Assembly: GCA_963674735.2 (NCBI GenBank)
Contig: CAXXQS010000002.1
Location: forward strand, 992,001-1,056,000
Length of the DNA stretch: 64,000 nucleotides
DNA from: Myxococcota bacterium
GTDB lineage: Bacteria; Myxococcota_A; SURF-8
Direction of reading: 5' to 3'
A model generated the notes under the pieces. It was not told the origin of the DNA. It did not search any database and worked only from the letters and a program-made list of their open reading frames with translations. Below are positions 21,352 through 30,765 of the stretch, piece after piece. A program made the translations under genes and the position numbers. Each line of letters starts with the position of its first letter. Position 1 is the first letter of the stretch.

Positions 21352-22188
21352 TCAGGCCGTCTGAACCGGATCGAGATGCACGTCCATCTGCGGGAAGGGA
21401 ATTTCGATACCTTCGGCATCAAACACAGCTTTCACTTCGCGATGGAAGCGAAAATAAACATCCCAGTAATGTGCGGTCTCCGACCAAGGGCGAACCACCA
21501 AGTTAATCGACGAGTCCGCGAGTTCCACCACCTCGATCACCGGAGTGGGCTCCTTGAGCACATTTACGTCTGCTTCCAGCACGCGTTTGACCGCTGAAAT
21601 GGCCTTTCCGATATCCGCGCCATAACCGATCCCGACTGTCATATCCACCCGGCGCTTGTCGTAAACCGTGTAGTTGATGATCGGGTTGCCCCAGATGTTG
21701 CGGTTGGGAATGGTGATGCGCCGATTGTCCGGCGTATCGAGCGTGGTCGCCATCATATTGATTTCGCGCACCGTTCCGGCATGCCCTCCAGCCTCGACAT
21801 AGTTACCCTTTTCGAAAGGCCGATTCAGTAAAATCATCAATCCGGCCGCCAGGTTACCCAGCGACTCCTGGAAGGCAAAACCGATCACGAAGCCGGTAAC
21901 ACCCAAACCGGCAATTAATGGAGCAATATCGACTCCGAGTCGCGGCAATGCCGCCATGAGCACGATCACCCACAGCACCTTGTTCTGCACATTCAGAATA
22001 AAGGCGCTGAGTGTATCATCGACTCGTTGTGTTCGGCCTAAGACGGTCTTTGTCATCCGTCCCAGCATACCGATCACGAATTTGCCGACAATCAGAATCA
22101 GCAAAAAGATCACGATGTTGACGGCAAAATCCGGACCGTTTGTCAACAACCAGTCTCGTCCTTTTTCGATCCATTCCATTTCCGCCAT
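21352..22188 (-). CDS. mscS: Small-conductance mechanosensitive channel
   Basis: GFAFQESLGNLAAG..RPFEKG..IPN..GIEIPFPQ. Confidence 0.92.
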   Translation of the reverse strand: MAEMEWIEKGRDWLLTNGPDFAVNIVIFLLILIVGKFVIGMLGRMTKTVLGRTQRVDDTLSAFILNVQNKVLWVIVLMAALPRLGVDIAPLIAGLGVTGFVIGFAFQESLGNLAAGLMILLNRPFEKGNYVEAGGHAGTVREINMMATTLDTPDNRRITIPNRNIWGNPIINYTVYDKRRVDMTVGIGYGADIGKAISAVKRVLEADVNVLKEPTPVIEVVELADSSINLVVRPWSETAHYWDVYFRFHREVKAVFDAEGIEIPFPQMDVHLDPVQTA

Positions 22189-22301
22189 GGCCAATCTCCT
22201 CTTCAACCCCCATTCATCGGGAGGCCGTTAATTTCCATAACAAAACCGGCCTGCTATTGATTCGACAAACGGGCCGGTCTGGTCTAAAAACACGCAGGGT
22301 C

Positions 22302-23396
22302 TCAACCGTCCGAGGCGGGCGGTTCCTCCACCGGCGGTTCGGTCGTCTGCGAGTCGCCGCCCCAGGCAACAAACTTGCGGTAGGCGTAATTGAGGTTCAG
22401 CAGGATGTTGTTCTGAATCTGCCATTCATCCACAATCTGCGAGTCTTTGATCGCCTTGAATTCGTAATCCAGCGAAAGCCACTCAAAGAAACGGAAGCTC
22501 CAACGCGTGCCCAACTCAAGCACCAGAAGATCGGCTCCCGAAAGTCCGGCCGGATCGGGATCATTGTAGAATGGCATCATGAGCTGCACACCGGCAGCAT
22601 AATTGATCTTTTTATCCCACAATTCACCCCAGATCCGGTTAATGGATTCACCACCAATCTGGACGAAGTCATCCAATTCGGTCAGGTCGCGCTCAGGCGT
22701 GGCGTCATCATCGGCCACCGCCAGATCACCCTTCATGAACCCTTCGCGGAAAGCCAAACCAAGCAAGAACTCCAGGTTGACCTTCTCACTTTTGAGAGGT
22801 CGGAAAAATGGACCGAGACCTTGCCGAAGCTGCAAGGGCGAGAAAAAATCGGTCAGGCGGACTTTATCGTCCAGATGATTGGTTGGGGTGCCATCCAACC
22901 AGGTAATGGCATACGTCACTTTTTCCGGCTGAATATCATAGTTGGGGAAGATAGCCGTGTCCATCAGAGCGCGGCCATAGAAACCAAACCAATCCAGCAA
23001 GTAGTAAAGATACATACTCTCGATGAAAAAACGGTCGGCCGACAGGAAAAACTCGTCGATGAGCGGCGTACGCGAAATACTCTCATTGAGCAAGACCAGA
23101 TTACGCCATTCATGCTTGCCTTTGTACAGATCGATCTTCAGCTCGAAATTCAACCCAAAATTCAACGTATAGCCGTCCACCTGCCCGGCTACCTTGCGGT
23201 TGTCGTTGAAAGAAAAGGTCGAACTCGGCAAAATCGTGAAATACCAGCCGTCTTTGCTTACCTCATCCGTACGCGTGGATTCCAACTTATCTTCAGGTAA
23301 AAGGTCGGCTTCCACCGCCTTTTCCTGAGCCATGGCTCCCGACATCAAGCCCAACCAAACACCGATCACTGTTGTTAGAGCAAACGCATGCTTCAT
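22302..23396 (-). CDS. Outer-membrane beta-barrel protein (DUF3078/DUF481-like)
   Basis: Signal peptide ending AMA; amphipathic strands; directly upstream of mscS. Confidence 0.65.
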   Translation of the reverse strand: MKHAFALTTVIGVWLGLMSGAMAQEKAVEADLLPEDKLESTRTDEVSKDGWYFTILPSSTFSFNDNRKVAGQVDGYTLNFGLNFELKIDLYKGKHEWRNLVLLNESISRTPLIDEFFLSADRFFIESMYLYYLLDWFGFYGRALMDTAIFPNYDIQPEKVTYAITWLDGTPTNHLDDKVRLTDFFSPLQLRQGLGPFFRPLKSEKVNLEFLLGLAFREGFMKGDLAVADDDATPERDLTELDDFVQIGGESINRIWGELWDKKINYAAGVQLMMPFYNDPDPAGLSGADLLVLELGTRWSFRFFEWLSLDYEFKAIKDSQIVDEWQIQNNILLNLNYAYRKFVAWGGDSQTTEPPVEEPPASDG

Positions 23397-23634
23397 GGCA
23401 TACCCCTTTCCCTGAGACTCCCCTGCTGCTGTTGAAATTGCGTGTACTTCTTTTATCCTGATTACTTCAGTCGGGTATTTTATTCCAATTTCAAATTAAT
23501 TACACCCTTAAAAAAAAGAGAAGTGATCCGATGCAAAGATTAGGCTCTTCAGACAAACCATCGATGCACCAATCGTACAACACTCGTAACACCTGTATAT
23601 TCATGCATTTACCACCATTCCGATTGAATTAATC

Positions 23635-23692
23635 TTGACACCTAAGCCCAGCGTGTGCTATCAGTTCAAGAAAAATGAATGAACGTTCATTC
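23635..23692 (+). promoter_or_regulatory. Promoter with perfect 16-bp palindromic operator
   Basis: TTGACA at 23635 and TG-c-TATCAG; GAATGAACGTTCATTC at 23677-23692 upstream of the acyl-CoA dehydrogenase. Confidence 0.65.
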
Positions 23693-23758
23693 TGTACTCT
23701 TGGTAAAAGTGGGCATTCCGTCCATGATATGAATCCGGAACCATCACAGGAGGTAACC

Positions 23759-25567
23759 ATGGCCGATAATTGGAAAAAAGGCGGACTGTTTTTCCTGCAG
23801 CCCACCGAATCCGCTGACGTCTGGACCGTTGAGGATTTCGACGACGAAGACAACATGTTCGCTAAAACCGCGCTCGACTTCGTGATGAACGAAGTACTGC
23901 CGCGCAAAGAAGAGATCGAAGCCTCGGAAACCAAAGTGGCGTCACATGCCGAGCTGCTTAAAAAAGCCGGTGAGCTGGGCCTGCTGATGGTGGAGATTCC
24001 GGAGGAATTCGGCGGATTGGGCCAGGGCCTGCGCCAAGCCATGTACGTCGCCGAGCATTACAGCAAAAACGGCTCCTTCACCACTTCGATGATGTGCCAC
24101 ACCGGTATCGGCACCCTGCCGATCGTGTATTTCGGCACCCCCGAACAGAAAGCCAAATACCTTCCCAAGCTGGCCACCGGTGAATGGCTGGGCGCTTATG
24201 CGCTGACCGAAGAGGGCTTCGGCTCCGACGCCTTGTCGGCCAAAACCAAGGCCGTTAAAAGCGAAGACGGCAAATACTGGATCATGAACGGTGTCAAGCA
24301 GTTCATCACCAACGCCGGGTTTGCCGACGTCTACACCGTCTATGCCAAAGTCGATGGCGAGCACTTCACCGCCTTCATCGTCGACGCCGACACCCCGGGC
24401 GTTTCGACCGGCGCGGAAGAACACAAAATGGGCATCAAGGGTTCCTCGACCCGCCAGCTCATTCTCGAAGATGCCCAAGTCCCGATCGAGAACATGCTCG
24501 GCGAAATCGGCAAAGGCCACAAGGTCGCGCTGAACATCCTCAACATCGGCCGTCTGAAGCTCGGATTGGGTTCGCTGGGCGCGATGAAGATTCTGCTCAA
24601 GGAAACCCTCAACTACACCGCCGACCGCAAGCAGTTCGGCCAGACCATCAACAAATTCCAGCTTCTGCAGGGCAAGATGGCCGATATGGTAAGTGAGATT
24701 TACATCACCGAATCCATGGCCTATCGTGTCGCGGGCGACATCGACAAAGCCATCGAGATGATCGATCTGCCCCATGAAGACCCCGCCTTCTGGACCCAGA
24801 AAGTGGCCTGCGTCGAAGAATACGCCATCGAGGATTCCATCCTGAAAGTCTACGGTTCCGAGGCTTTGGCCCGCGTAGTGGACGACGCCGTTCAGTTGCA
24901 CGGCGGCTATGGATTCATCGAAGAATACCCGGTTTGCGGCGCTTACCGCGACGCTCGCATCAACCGCATTTTCGAAGGCACCAACGAAGTCAATCGCATG
25001 CTCATGCCGGGTACGCTGATGCGCCGGGCCATGCAGGGCCAGATCGACCTCATGAGCGGCGTAATGGGCCTGATGGGTCGCATCAAAGACGACAGCATCA
25101 ACAAAGAAGCGGCCGAAGGTACGCTGGGACGCGAAAAAACCGCCGTCGCTCTGCTGCGCGACTGGGCCGTTTTCGGCTTGGGCGTACCGGCGCAGAAAGC
25201 CATGGCCGATCCCAAGTACATGATGAAAAACCAGATCCTGCTCGAACTGCTGGCCGATCTTACCATGGATCTCTATGCGGCCGAGTCGGTTTACTTGCGC
25301 ACCGAAAAGATGATCGCAGCCAAAGGCGAAGACAAATGCAAGGTGCCGATCATGATTACCGAAGTGGTGGTCTACGAGAAACTGCGCCATGCCATGGAAC
25401 TGGTTCGCCAGATCTGCGCCAATTGCGCGGGTGACAGCTCCGAGGAATTCGCCAAGAATCAGAAGGCGATGCACCGGCTGGTGATGAGCTACGGCCTCGA
25501 CACCATGTCCCGCAAACAGGCGATCGCCGAGCACATGATCGAACGCGAGAATTACAACCTTCAGTAA
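23759..25567 (+). CDS. Acyl-CoA dehydrogenase, long FadE/ACAD9-like form
   Basis: YALTE..GSD, KQFITNAG, KMGIKGSST, LNIGRLKL, RKQFG, QLHGGYGF, YRDARINRIFEGTNEVNR; AGGAGG RBS. Confidence 0.93.
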   Translation: MADNWKKGGLFFLQPTESADVWTVEDFDDEDNMFAKTALDFVMNEVLPRKEEIEASETKVASHAELLKKAGELGLLMVEIPEEFGGLGQGLRQAMYVAEHYSKNGSFTTSMMCHTGIGTLPIVYFGTPEQKAKYLPKLATGEWLGAYALTEEGFGSDALSAKTKAVKSEDGKYWIMNGVKQFITNAGFADVYTVYAKVDGEHFTAFIVDADTPGVSTGAEEHKMGIKGSSTRQLILEDAQVPIENMLGEIGKGHKVALNILNIGRLKLGLGSLGAMKILLKETLNYTADRKQFGQTINKFQLLQGKMADMVSEIYITESMAYRVAGDIDKAIEMIDLPHEDPAFWTQKVACVEEYAIEDSILKVYGSEALARVVDDAVQLHGGYGFIEEYPVCGAYRDARINRIFEGTNEVNRMLMPGTLMRRAMQGQIDLMSGVMGLMGRIKDDSINKEAAEGTLGREKTAVALLRDWAVFGLGVPAQKAMADPKYMMKNQILLELLADLTMDLYAAESVYLRTEKMIAAKGEDKCKVPIMITEVVVYEKLRHAMELVRQICANCAGDSSEEFAKNQKAMHRLVMSYGLDTMSRKQAIAEHMIERENYNLQ

Positions 25568-25593
25568 ATCTCGTAGAGAATCGGATTTTTACA

Positions 25594-25622
25594 GCGCCCC
25601 CCGCGATCCGGGGGGCGTTTTT
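25594..25622 (+). terminator. Rho-independent terminator
   Basis: CGCCCCCCG-cgatc-CGGGGGGCG followed by T5. Confidence 0.8.
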
Positions 25623-25660
25623 CGTGGCCGACGTCGCATGATTTTGGGGTCGCTCCACGC

Positions 25661-25687
25661 AAAAAAACGGTTCTAATCCCAGAACCG
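25661..25687 (-). terminator. Second minus-strand terminator
   Basis: CGGTTCT-gggatt-AGAACCG followed by T7 on the minus strand. Confidence 0.7.
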
Positions 25688-25805
25688 GGGGGCAGAACGA
25701 ACCAGAAGAAATCCACAAGACCCACCATCAAGGGAAGGGAAAGCGAAGATCCCGAATTTATTCGTTCGAAGCGAGCAGGCTCCCCGGAAATGGGAGTTGA
25801 ACCCC

Positions 25806-25835
25806 AAAAAAACGGCCCCCCATTCGGGAGGCCGT
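25806..25835 (-). terminator. Terminator of the IgGFc-like gene
   Basis: ACGGCCTCCC-gaat-GGGGGGCCGT followed by a T-run on the minus strand. Confidence 0.8.
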
Positions 25836-25857
25836 CGAAAGCGAGAAGAAGGCCCGA

Positions 25858-28455
25858 TCAATAGGGCGTATAGGTCAAGTCGAGACCGGCCGGGTAAGCA
25901 TAGGACACGTAGCTGTCATAACCGTAAACCATCAGACCCACACGACTGTCGCTTGTGAGGGTATGGGTCCCATCGGAAATGGTTTTTTCCATCTTGTACG
26001 CATTCACGTTGCTGATCTGGGTGAAACTGTTCGTAAGCTGGGTGCCATCGAGATAAATCTCGGCATCGGGATTGGTGGTTAGCAGCGTGATGTAGTCGGT
26101 TTTGTAGGTATTGGGAACCAGGAATACGTAGTCGTAACGGAACTGCTCGACCGGGGGCACCAACAAGAAGGCCGGATCGCCTTCCGACGCCGCTGCCGAA
26201 TCCAGATAGTTCTGACCAACCAGGAACTGACCAACCATGATCGGGTGGCCGGGGTTGGATAAGACGATGAAATCATCGCCGGTTTCGATGACACAGGACT
26301 CACCGCGGTCGAGGTCGTGATCGCAGGGCTGCTGGTGGGCGATCTCGGTTTGCGCCTTGATATTGGAAGGCCGCGTGGTGATTTCCGTCCCGTCTTCCAT
26401 GGCAACGATTTTGTAGATGATCTTGTGGTTCGCCAGCGGAGTATGCAGACGAGCGGCGATGTATTGGGTGGTCCAACTCTTGGTCGGGAAAAGCTGCTGT
26501 TCGAGGTGATCGCAGGCCCAACGGTAATGCGGGACAAAACTGCATTCGTTGCCACCGAACACCGCGATCGGTTTGTCGGATTCCACCACGGAACCGGTGA
26601 GTTCCGGCCCGAGGCAATAGTTGTCGCTTGCATACACTCCCGTTCCGGCGATGCAGGTGGCGTTATCGGTAAGCGATGAATCCACCGAACTCCCCACCTG
26701 CAGCACTTCGCCGCGATCGAGGGTGAAGACCTTGGGCGTACCCGGGAACATGGGATCGACACTCAGGCCGCCTTCGGTACGCGCGTTGGCCGTAACGGTG
26801 ACGGTCGTGCCATCGGCTACCGCTACCACGGTAAAGAAAGAACCGATGTTGGGGATATCCGTTCCGCTGCGGGTGACCATCATGGTGCGGTAATTCATCA
26901 CCAGGTATTCGTCGCCAAGGACATGGGTGGGCAGCAACAACGAGGCGTCGTTGGTGTGAGCGTAGGTTCCGTTTTTCTCGGCCGAGATCGGGTTGAATTG
27001 CGACACGGTCACGGGAATGGTCGAATTGAGACGGAAGGCATTTTTCTGTTTATAGCTTTTATAAACCAAACCGGTTGGTGTGGAAGGACCTTCCTTGAAA
27101 GGCAGCCGCACCGTCACGTCTTCTCCGGCAGGAACGCTGATCGATTTGGTAAAGGAAGTGCCCGTGTGCTCGATGGTAACCTGGGCCGCGTAGGTGTCGT
27201 TGGTATTGGAAACGACCACCGCAAATTCCGACTCGTCACCCGATTTGAACGCATCGTCAAGCTGCGGGTTGGGCAAGACCACCGGCCAATACTCACAGCC
27301 GATGTAAGAATCGCTCAGCTCGGCCATGTCGCACAGGCTCAAACATTCTCCGTTTACGCAACGGTTTCCGGTACTACCGGCATTGCAGGGGATCGTCCCG
27401 CTCAACCAGCCCGATCCGTCGTCGTTGCACTGACGGATCGTGCTCTCGTCCACGCATTCGTAAGAATCGGGAATGCAGATGTAAGAGGAAGCCGTGCAGC
27501 CGGAAACCGAATCCTCGACACAAACCTGGCCGGGCGGACATTCTTCGGCCTCTTTGTAGCCGTCACCGGCTTCGTTGCACCATTGTATTTCCGTTTGGCT
27601 GGACGTGCATTTGAAATCGACACTCGGAATACAGCCCGCTTCGACACAACGGTCATCCTCGCAGGTATATCCCAGCGGACAAGCATAGGATTGCGACCAG
27701 TCGGTGCCGGTGGAGTTGCAGACCTGCACTTTGCCGTCGTCGGTGCATCGGGTTTCCGTACCGGCTTCACAAACGATGTCGCCTTCGTCGATGCAGCGAC
27801 CGTCATAGCAACGCTCACCTTCACGGCAGGGTTCGGGGTTTTCCCAGGCCGTGCCATCGGCATTGCAATGCACTACTTCGCCATTGTCATTGCAACGCGT
27901 CTCCACCAGGGAATCGCAAATCTGAGACCCCTCTTCGATGCACTCGCCATCGTAACAATAATCGCCGTCTTCACAGGCGGTGGGATCCGTCCAGCCAGTT
28001 CCGGTGCTGTTGCAGGTTTCCACTTCGCCGTCGTCATTGCAGCGCGTTTCGGTATCGGCAACACAAACTTCCGTCGCCGCCGGTTTGCAGCCGCCGTTTA
28101 TACAGGTGAGCCCCGTCGCACAACTGACGGGCGTATTCCACGCACCGTTGGCCGCACAACTCTGCACCAGCTCGCCCACGCAGATCGCCTCGTTGGGGAT
28201 ACATTCTCCCACCAGATCGCCATCGGTATCGTCGGGCTGGCAAATGCCTTCCAAACAGGACTCGCCATCATTGCAGGCCACCGCCGCACCCCAGGTTCCA
28301 TCTTCGCCGCAAGTGGCAAAAGACGCGTCGTCGGCACAACGGACCTGACCGGCTGTACAAACGGTGTCATCACCTGACCCACCGTTGCAGGCGGGAAATA
28401 AAACAACGGCAAACAGCACCAACATCCAAACGGATATGCATCCTCTCATCAACAT
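25858..28455 (-). CDS. Surface lipoprotein with seven 6-Cys repeats and an IgGFc-binding-protein N-terminal-like domain
   Basis: Lipobox LFPA-C; SYIGCEYW, TNDASLLLP, DHLEQQLFP, GDPAF..PVEQFRYDYVF, SYAYPAG. Confidence 0.82.
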   Translation of the reverse strand: MLMRGCISVWMLVLFAVVLFPACNGGSGDDTVCTAGQVRCADDASFATCGEDGTWGAAVACNDGESCLEGICQPDDTDGDLVGECIPNEAICVGELVQSCAANGAWNTPVSCATGLTCINGGCKPAATEVCVADTETRCNDDGEVETCNSTGTGWTDPTACEDGDYCYDGECIEEGSQICDSLVETRCNDNGEVVHCNADGTAWENPEPCREGERCYDGRCIDEGDIVCEAGTETRCTDDGKVQVCNSTGTDWSQSYACPLGYTCEDDRCVEAGCIPSVDFKCTSSQTEIQWCNEAGDGYKEAEECPPGQVCVEDSVSGCTASSYICIPDSYECVDESTIRQCNDDGSGWLSGTIPCNAGSTGNRCVNGECLSLCDMAELSDSYIGCEYWPVVLPNPQLDDAFKSGDESEFAVVVSNTNDTYAAQVTIEHTGTSFTKSISVPAGEDVTVRLPFKEGPSTPTGLVYKSYKQKNAFRLNSTIPVTVSQFNPISAEKNGTYAHTNDASLLLPTHVLGDEYLVMNYRTMMVTRSGTDIPNIGSFFTVVAVADGTTVTVTANARTEGGLSVDPMFPGTPKVFTLDRGEVLQVGSSVDSSLTDNATCIAGTGVYASDNYCLGPELTGSVVESDKPIAVFGGNECSFVPHYRWACDHLEQQLFPTKSWTTQYIAARLHTPLANHKIIYKIVAMEDGTEITTRPSNIKAQTEIAHQQPCDHDLDRGESCVIETGDDFIVLSNPGHPIMVGQFLVGQNYLDSAAASEGDPAFLLVPPVEQFRYDYVFLVPNTYKTDYITLLTTNPDAEIYLDGTQLTNSFTQISNVNAYKMEKTISDGTHTLTSDSRVGLMVYGYDSYVSYAYPAGLDLTYTPY

Positions 28456-28806
28456 CGCCTGAACCTCCGAACATGGCAAATTTCTTAATACAACCGAGAT
28501 ATTATGGAGGAATGTCCCACTCCTGTAAAGACTTTTTCGCAAGCAGCCGAATCTGGGTGTCAGTATTTAAAGTGTTTTCACTTTCATTCGTGTTAATCGG
28601 GGGAAGCCTATCTCCAGTCAACTTAAACAGTCGTTTAAGATAATCTTTCATAAAAATGATTCCATTGTCAGTTTTTATTTGCTTTCGACCGCTCAATCTG
28701 TACACTTTTCACGCTCGGTGACCACGGCTCATCGCCGATCCGGTCCCACCCGTTTGCGCCGAGCCTTCTTGATTTGGTGCGGATGTTTCAGTCGAGGTTA
28801 AATTCC

Positions 28807-30765
28807 ATGACCGCCCCTCTTGATTTTACTTTCAAGTCCTTCGAAGAGATGACCCCTGCCGATTACGCCATCATCGGGCTCAAGGCAGGTCTGGAAATCC
28901 ATCAACAGCTCAAAACACGGCGCAAACTTTTCTGCCGCTGTCCAGCCGGCTGCTACACCCATGAGGTGGACGCCGAGATCCTGCGACACATGCGGCCGAC
29001 GCTGTCGGAGTTGGGTGAATACGACGGCACGGCGTTGATGGAATTCAAAACCAAGAAGGAAATCGTTTATCTCCTCAAAAACGAGAGTGTGTGTACCTAC
29101 GAGATGGACGACGCTCCCCCGTTTGAAATGGACCCGGAAGCGATCAGAATCGCGCTCGAAGTCTCATTGCTCTATAATCTCAACTTGGTATCGGAAATCC
29201 ATATTGCCCGCAAGCAATACCTCGACGGCTCCATTCCGACCGGCTTTCAGCGAACCACGATTCTGGGCGTCGATGGGGAAGTCCCCTTTAAGAACCGGAC
29301 CTTGCACATCATCCAACTCGGTCTCGAAGAAGACAGTTGCCGCGAAGTAAGCGACGTCGGCCATCGCATCACCTTCCGCACCGACCGCCTGGGCATGCCG
29401 CTGATCGAAACGGTGACCTATCCCGAATTGACGACCCCGGAAGAAGTGGCCGAAGCGGCGGAATTGCTCAGTAGTCTCGTGCGCTCCACCGGGCACGTGC
29501 GCACCGGGGCCGGGGCCGCCCGAGAAGACGTCAATGTCTCCATCAACGGTGGCACACGCATCGAAATCAAAGGCGTCCCGTCGATCAAGCGTATCCCCCG
29601 CCTGGTTTACAACGAAGCCAGACGCCAGCATAACCTATTGAAAATACGAGAAGAACTAAAAAGTAGAAATATTACGCCCGAGACTTTCGAACACGGGCAT
29701 GCCGATGTCACCGGGATTTTGCACGATACGAGCTATATCCCGATCCGGCAAGCCGTGAAAGAGGGTAAGCACGTAGCGGCGGTCCGCCTCAAGGGATTCA
29801 AAGGAATTCTGGCCCACCCCACACAGGAGCACACCTTTTTCGGACAAGAAATATCCGATCGCGTCAAGGTAATCGCCTGTCTGATGGACCACCCCAACAT
29901 TCTGCACTCCGACTCCACCGATCCGGGAATTTCCCGCGGGCAGTGGAATCGTATTCGCAAACGTCTGCGAGGTAATGGCGAGGATAGCTTCGTGGTGGTA
30001 TGGGGGTCGAATGAAGATCTGCAAACCGCCATCCAGGAAATCGCCATTCGGGCCAAAGAAGCCACCGAAGGGGTTCCGTCCGAAACCCGCCAGGCTTTCC
30101 GCGACGGCACCCAGGGCTTCGAACGCATCCTGCCCGGCGCCAACCGCATGTACCCGGATACCGACGAACCGCCTATTTCCATCCCCGATGAGATGGTCGA
30201 GACCGTTCGGGCGGCGTTGCCCGAAACTCCCTGGAAGCGCGTCGAACGTTTACGCGAGTTGGGATTGGACGACACGACGATCGAGATTCTGGCCGATTCG
30301 GCACTCCTACCGCTCTTCGATGCCGTTATGGCGCAATACGACAATCGAATGGACTTCATGGTTAAGTTGATTCGCCGTGATCTGCGCGGCTGGACACGCC
30401 GTGGCCGTCCGGTGAAACGCATCGATGCGGATGTAATGGGCGCGCTATTCGATAGCCTTCGCAGCGGGAAGCTGTTGCCGGAAGCCGTGACCTACATTCT
30501 CGATGCTTTCTTGGACGCACCCGAAAGCGGCATCCAAGCGGCAATCGAACGCTTTACCCCCACGGGCGGCGAAAAAGCCGAATTGGATCGGCTGGTTGGT
30601 GAAGCCAAACATTTGCAGCACGACCTGAAGAGCGTCACGCGACAGGGACGCCAGCGCTATTTCATGGGTCAAATTTTGAGCGACAACGGCCTGCGCGGGC
30701 GCGTGGCGGCCGCCATTGTGGCCGAACGGCTTTGGGAGGTAATGACCGGTGACGACGAACGCTGA
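28807..30765 (+). CDS. gatE: Glu-tRNA(Gln) amidotransferase subunit E (archaeal type)
   Basis: GLKAGLEIHQQL, KLFCRCP, RPTLSELGEYD, DGSIPTGFQRT, LEEDSCR, DRLGMPLIE, DVNVSI, RIEIKGV, central insertion domain, GVPSETR, LPGANRMYPDTD. Confidence 0.92.
   Translation: MTAPLDFTFKSFEEMTPADYAIIGLKAGLEIHQQLKTRRKLFCRCPAGCYTHEVDAEILRHMRPTLSELGEYDGTALMEFKTKKEIVYLLKNESVCTYEMDDAPPFEMDPEAIRIALEVSLLYNLNLVSEIHIARKQYLDGSIPTGFQRTTILGVDGEVPFKNRTLHIIQLGLEEDSCREVSDVGHRITFRTDRLGMPLIETVTYPELTTPEEVAEAAELLSSLVRSTGHVRTGAGAAREDVNVSINGGTRIEIKGVPSIKRIPRLVYNEARRQHNLLKIREELKSRNITPETFEHGHADVTGILHDTSYIPIRQAVKEGKHVAAVRLKGFKGILAHPTQEHTFFGQEISDRVKVIACLMDHPNILHSDSTDPGISRGQWNRIRKRLRGNGEDSFVVVWGSNEDLQTAIQEIAIRAKEATEGVPSETRQAFRDGTQGFERILPGANRMYPDTDEPPISIPDEMVETVRAALPETPWKRVERLRELGLDDTTIEILADSALLPLFDAVMAQYDNRMDFMVKLIRRDLRGWTRRGRPVKRIDADVMGALFDSLRSGKLLPEAVTYILDAFLDAPESGIQAAIERFTPTGGEKAELDRLVGEAKHLQHDLKSVTRQGRQRYFMGQILSDNGLRGRVAAAIVAERLWEVMTGDDER

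Noticed and set aside
23942-25534. Long antisense ORFs (also 26923-28377, 49327-50604, 55459-56757, 57769-58956)
   Set aside because: Shadows of real genes caused by high-GC codon bias; no recognisable motifs or RBS
25791-25805. GGGGTTCAACTCCC as a tRNA remnant or att site
   Set aside because: Incomplete T-stem, no acceptor stem or CCA context, and no integrase nearby
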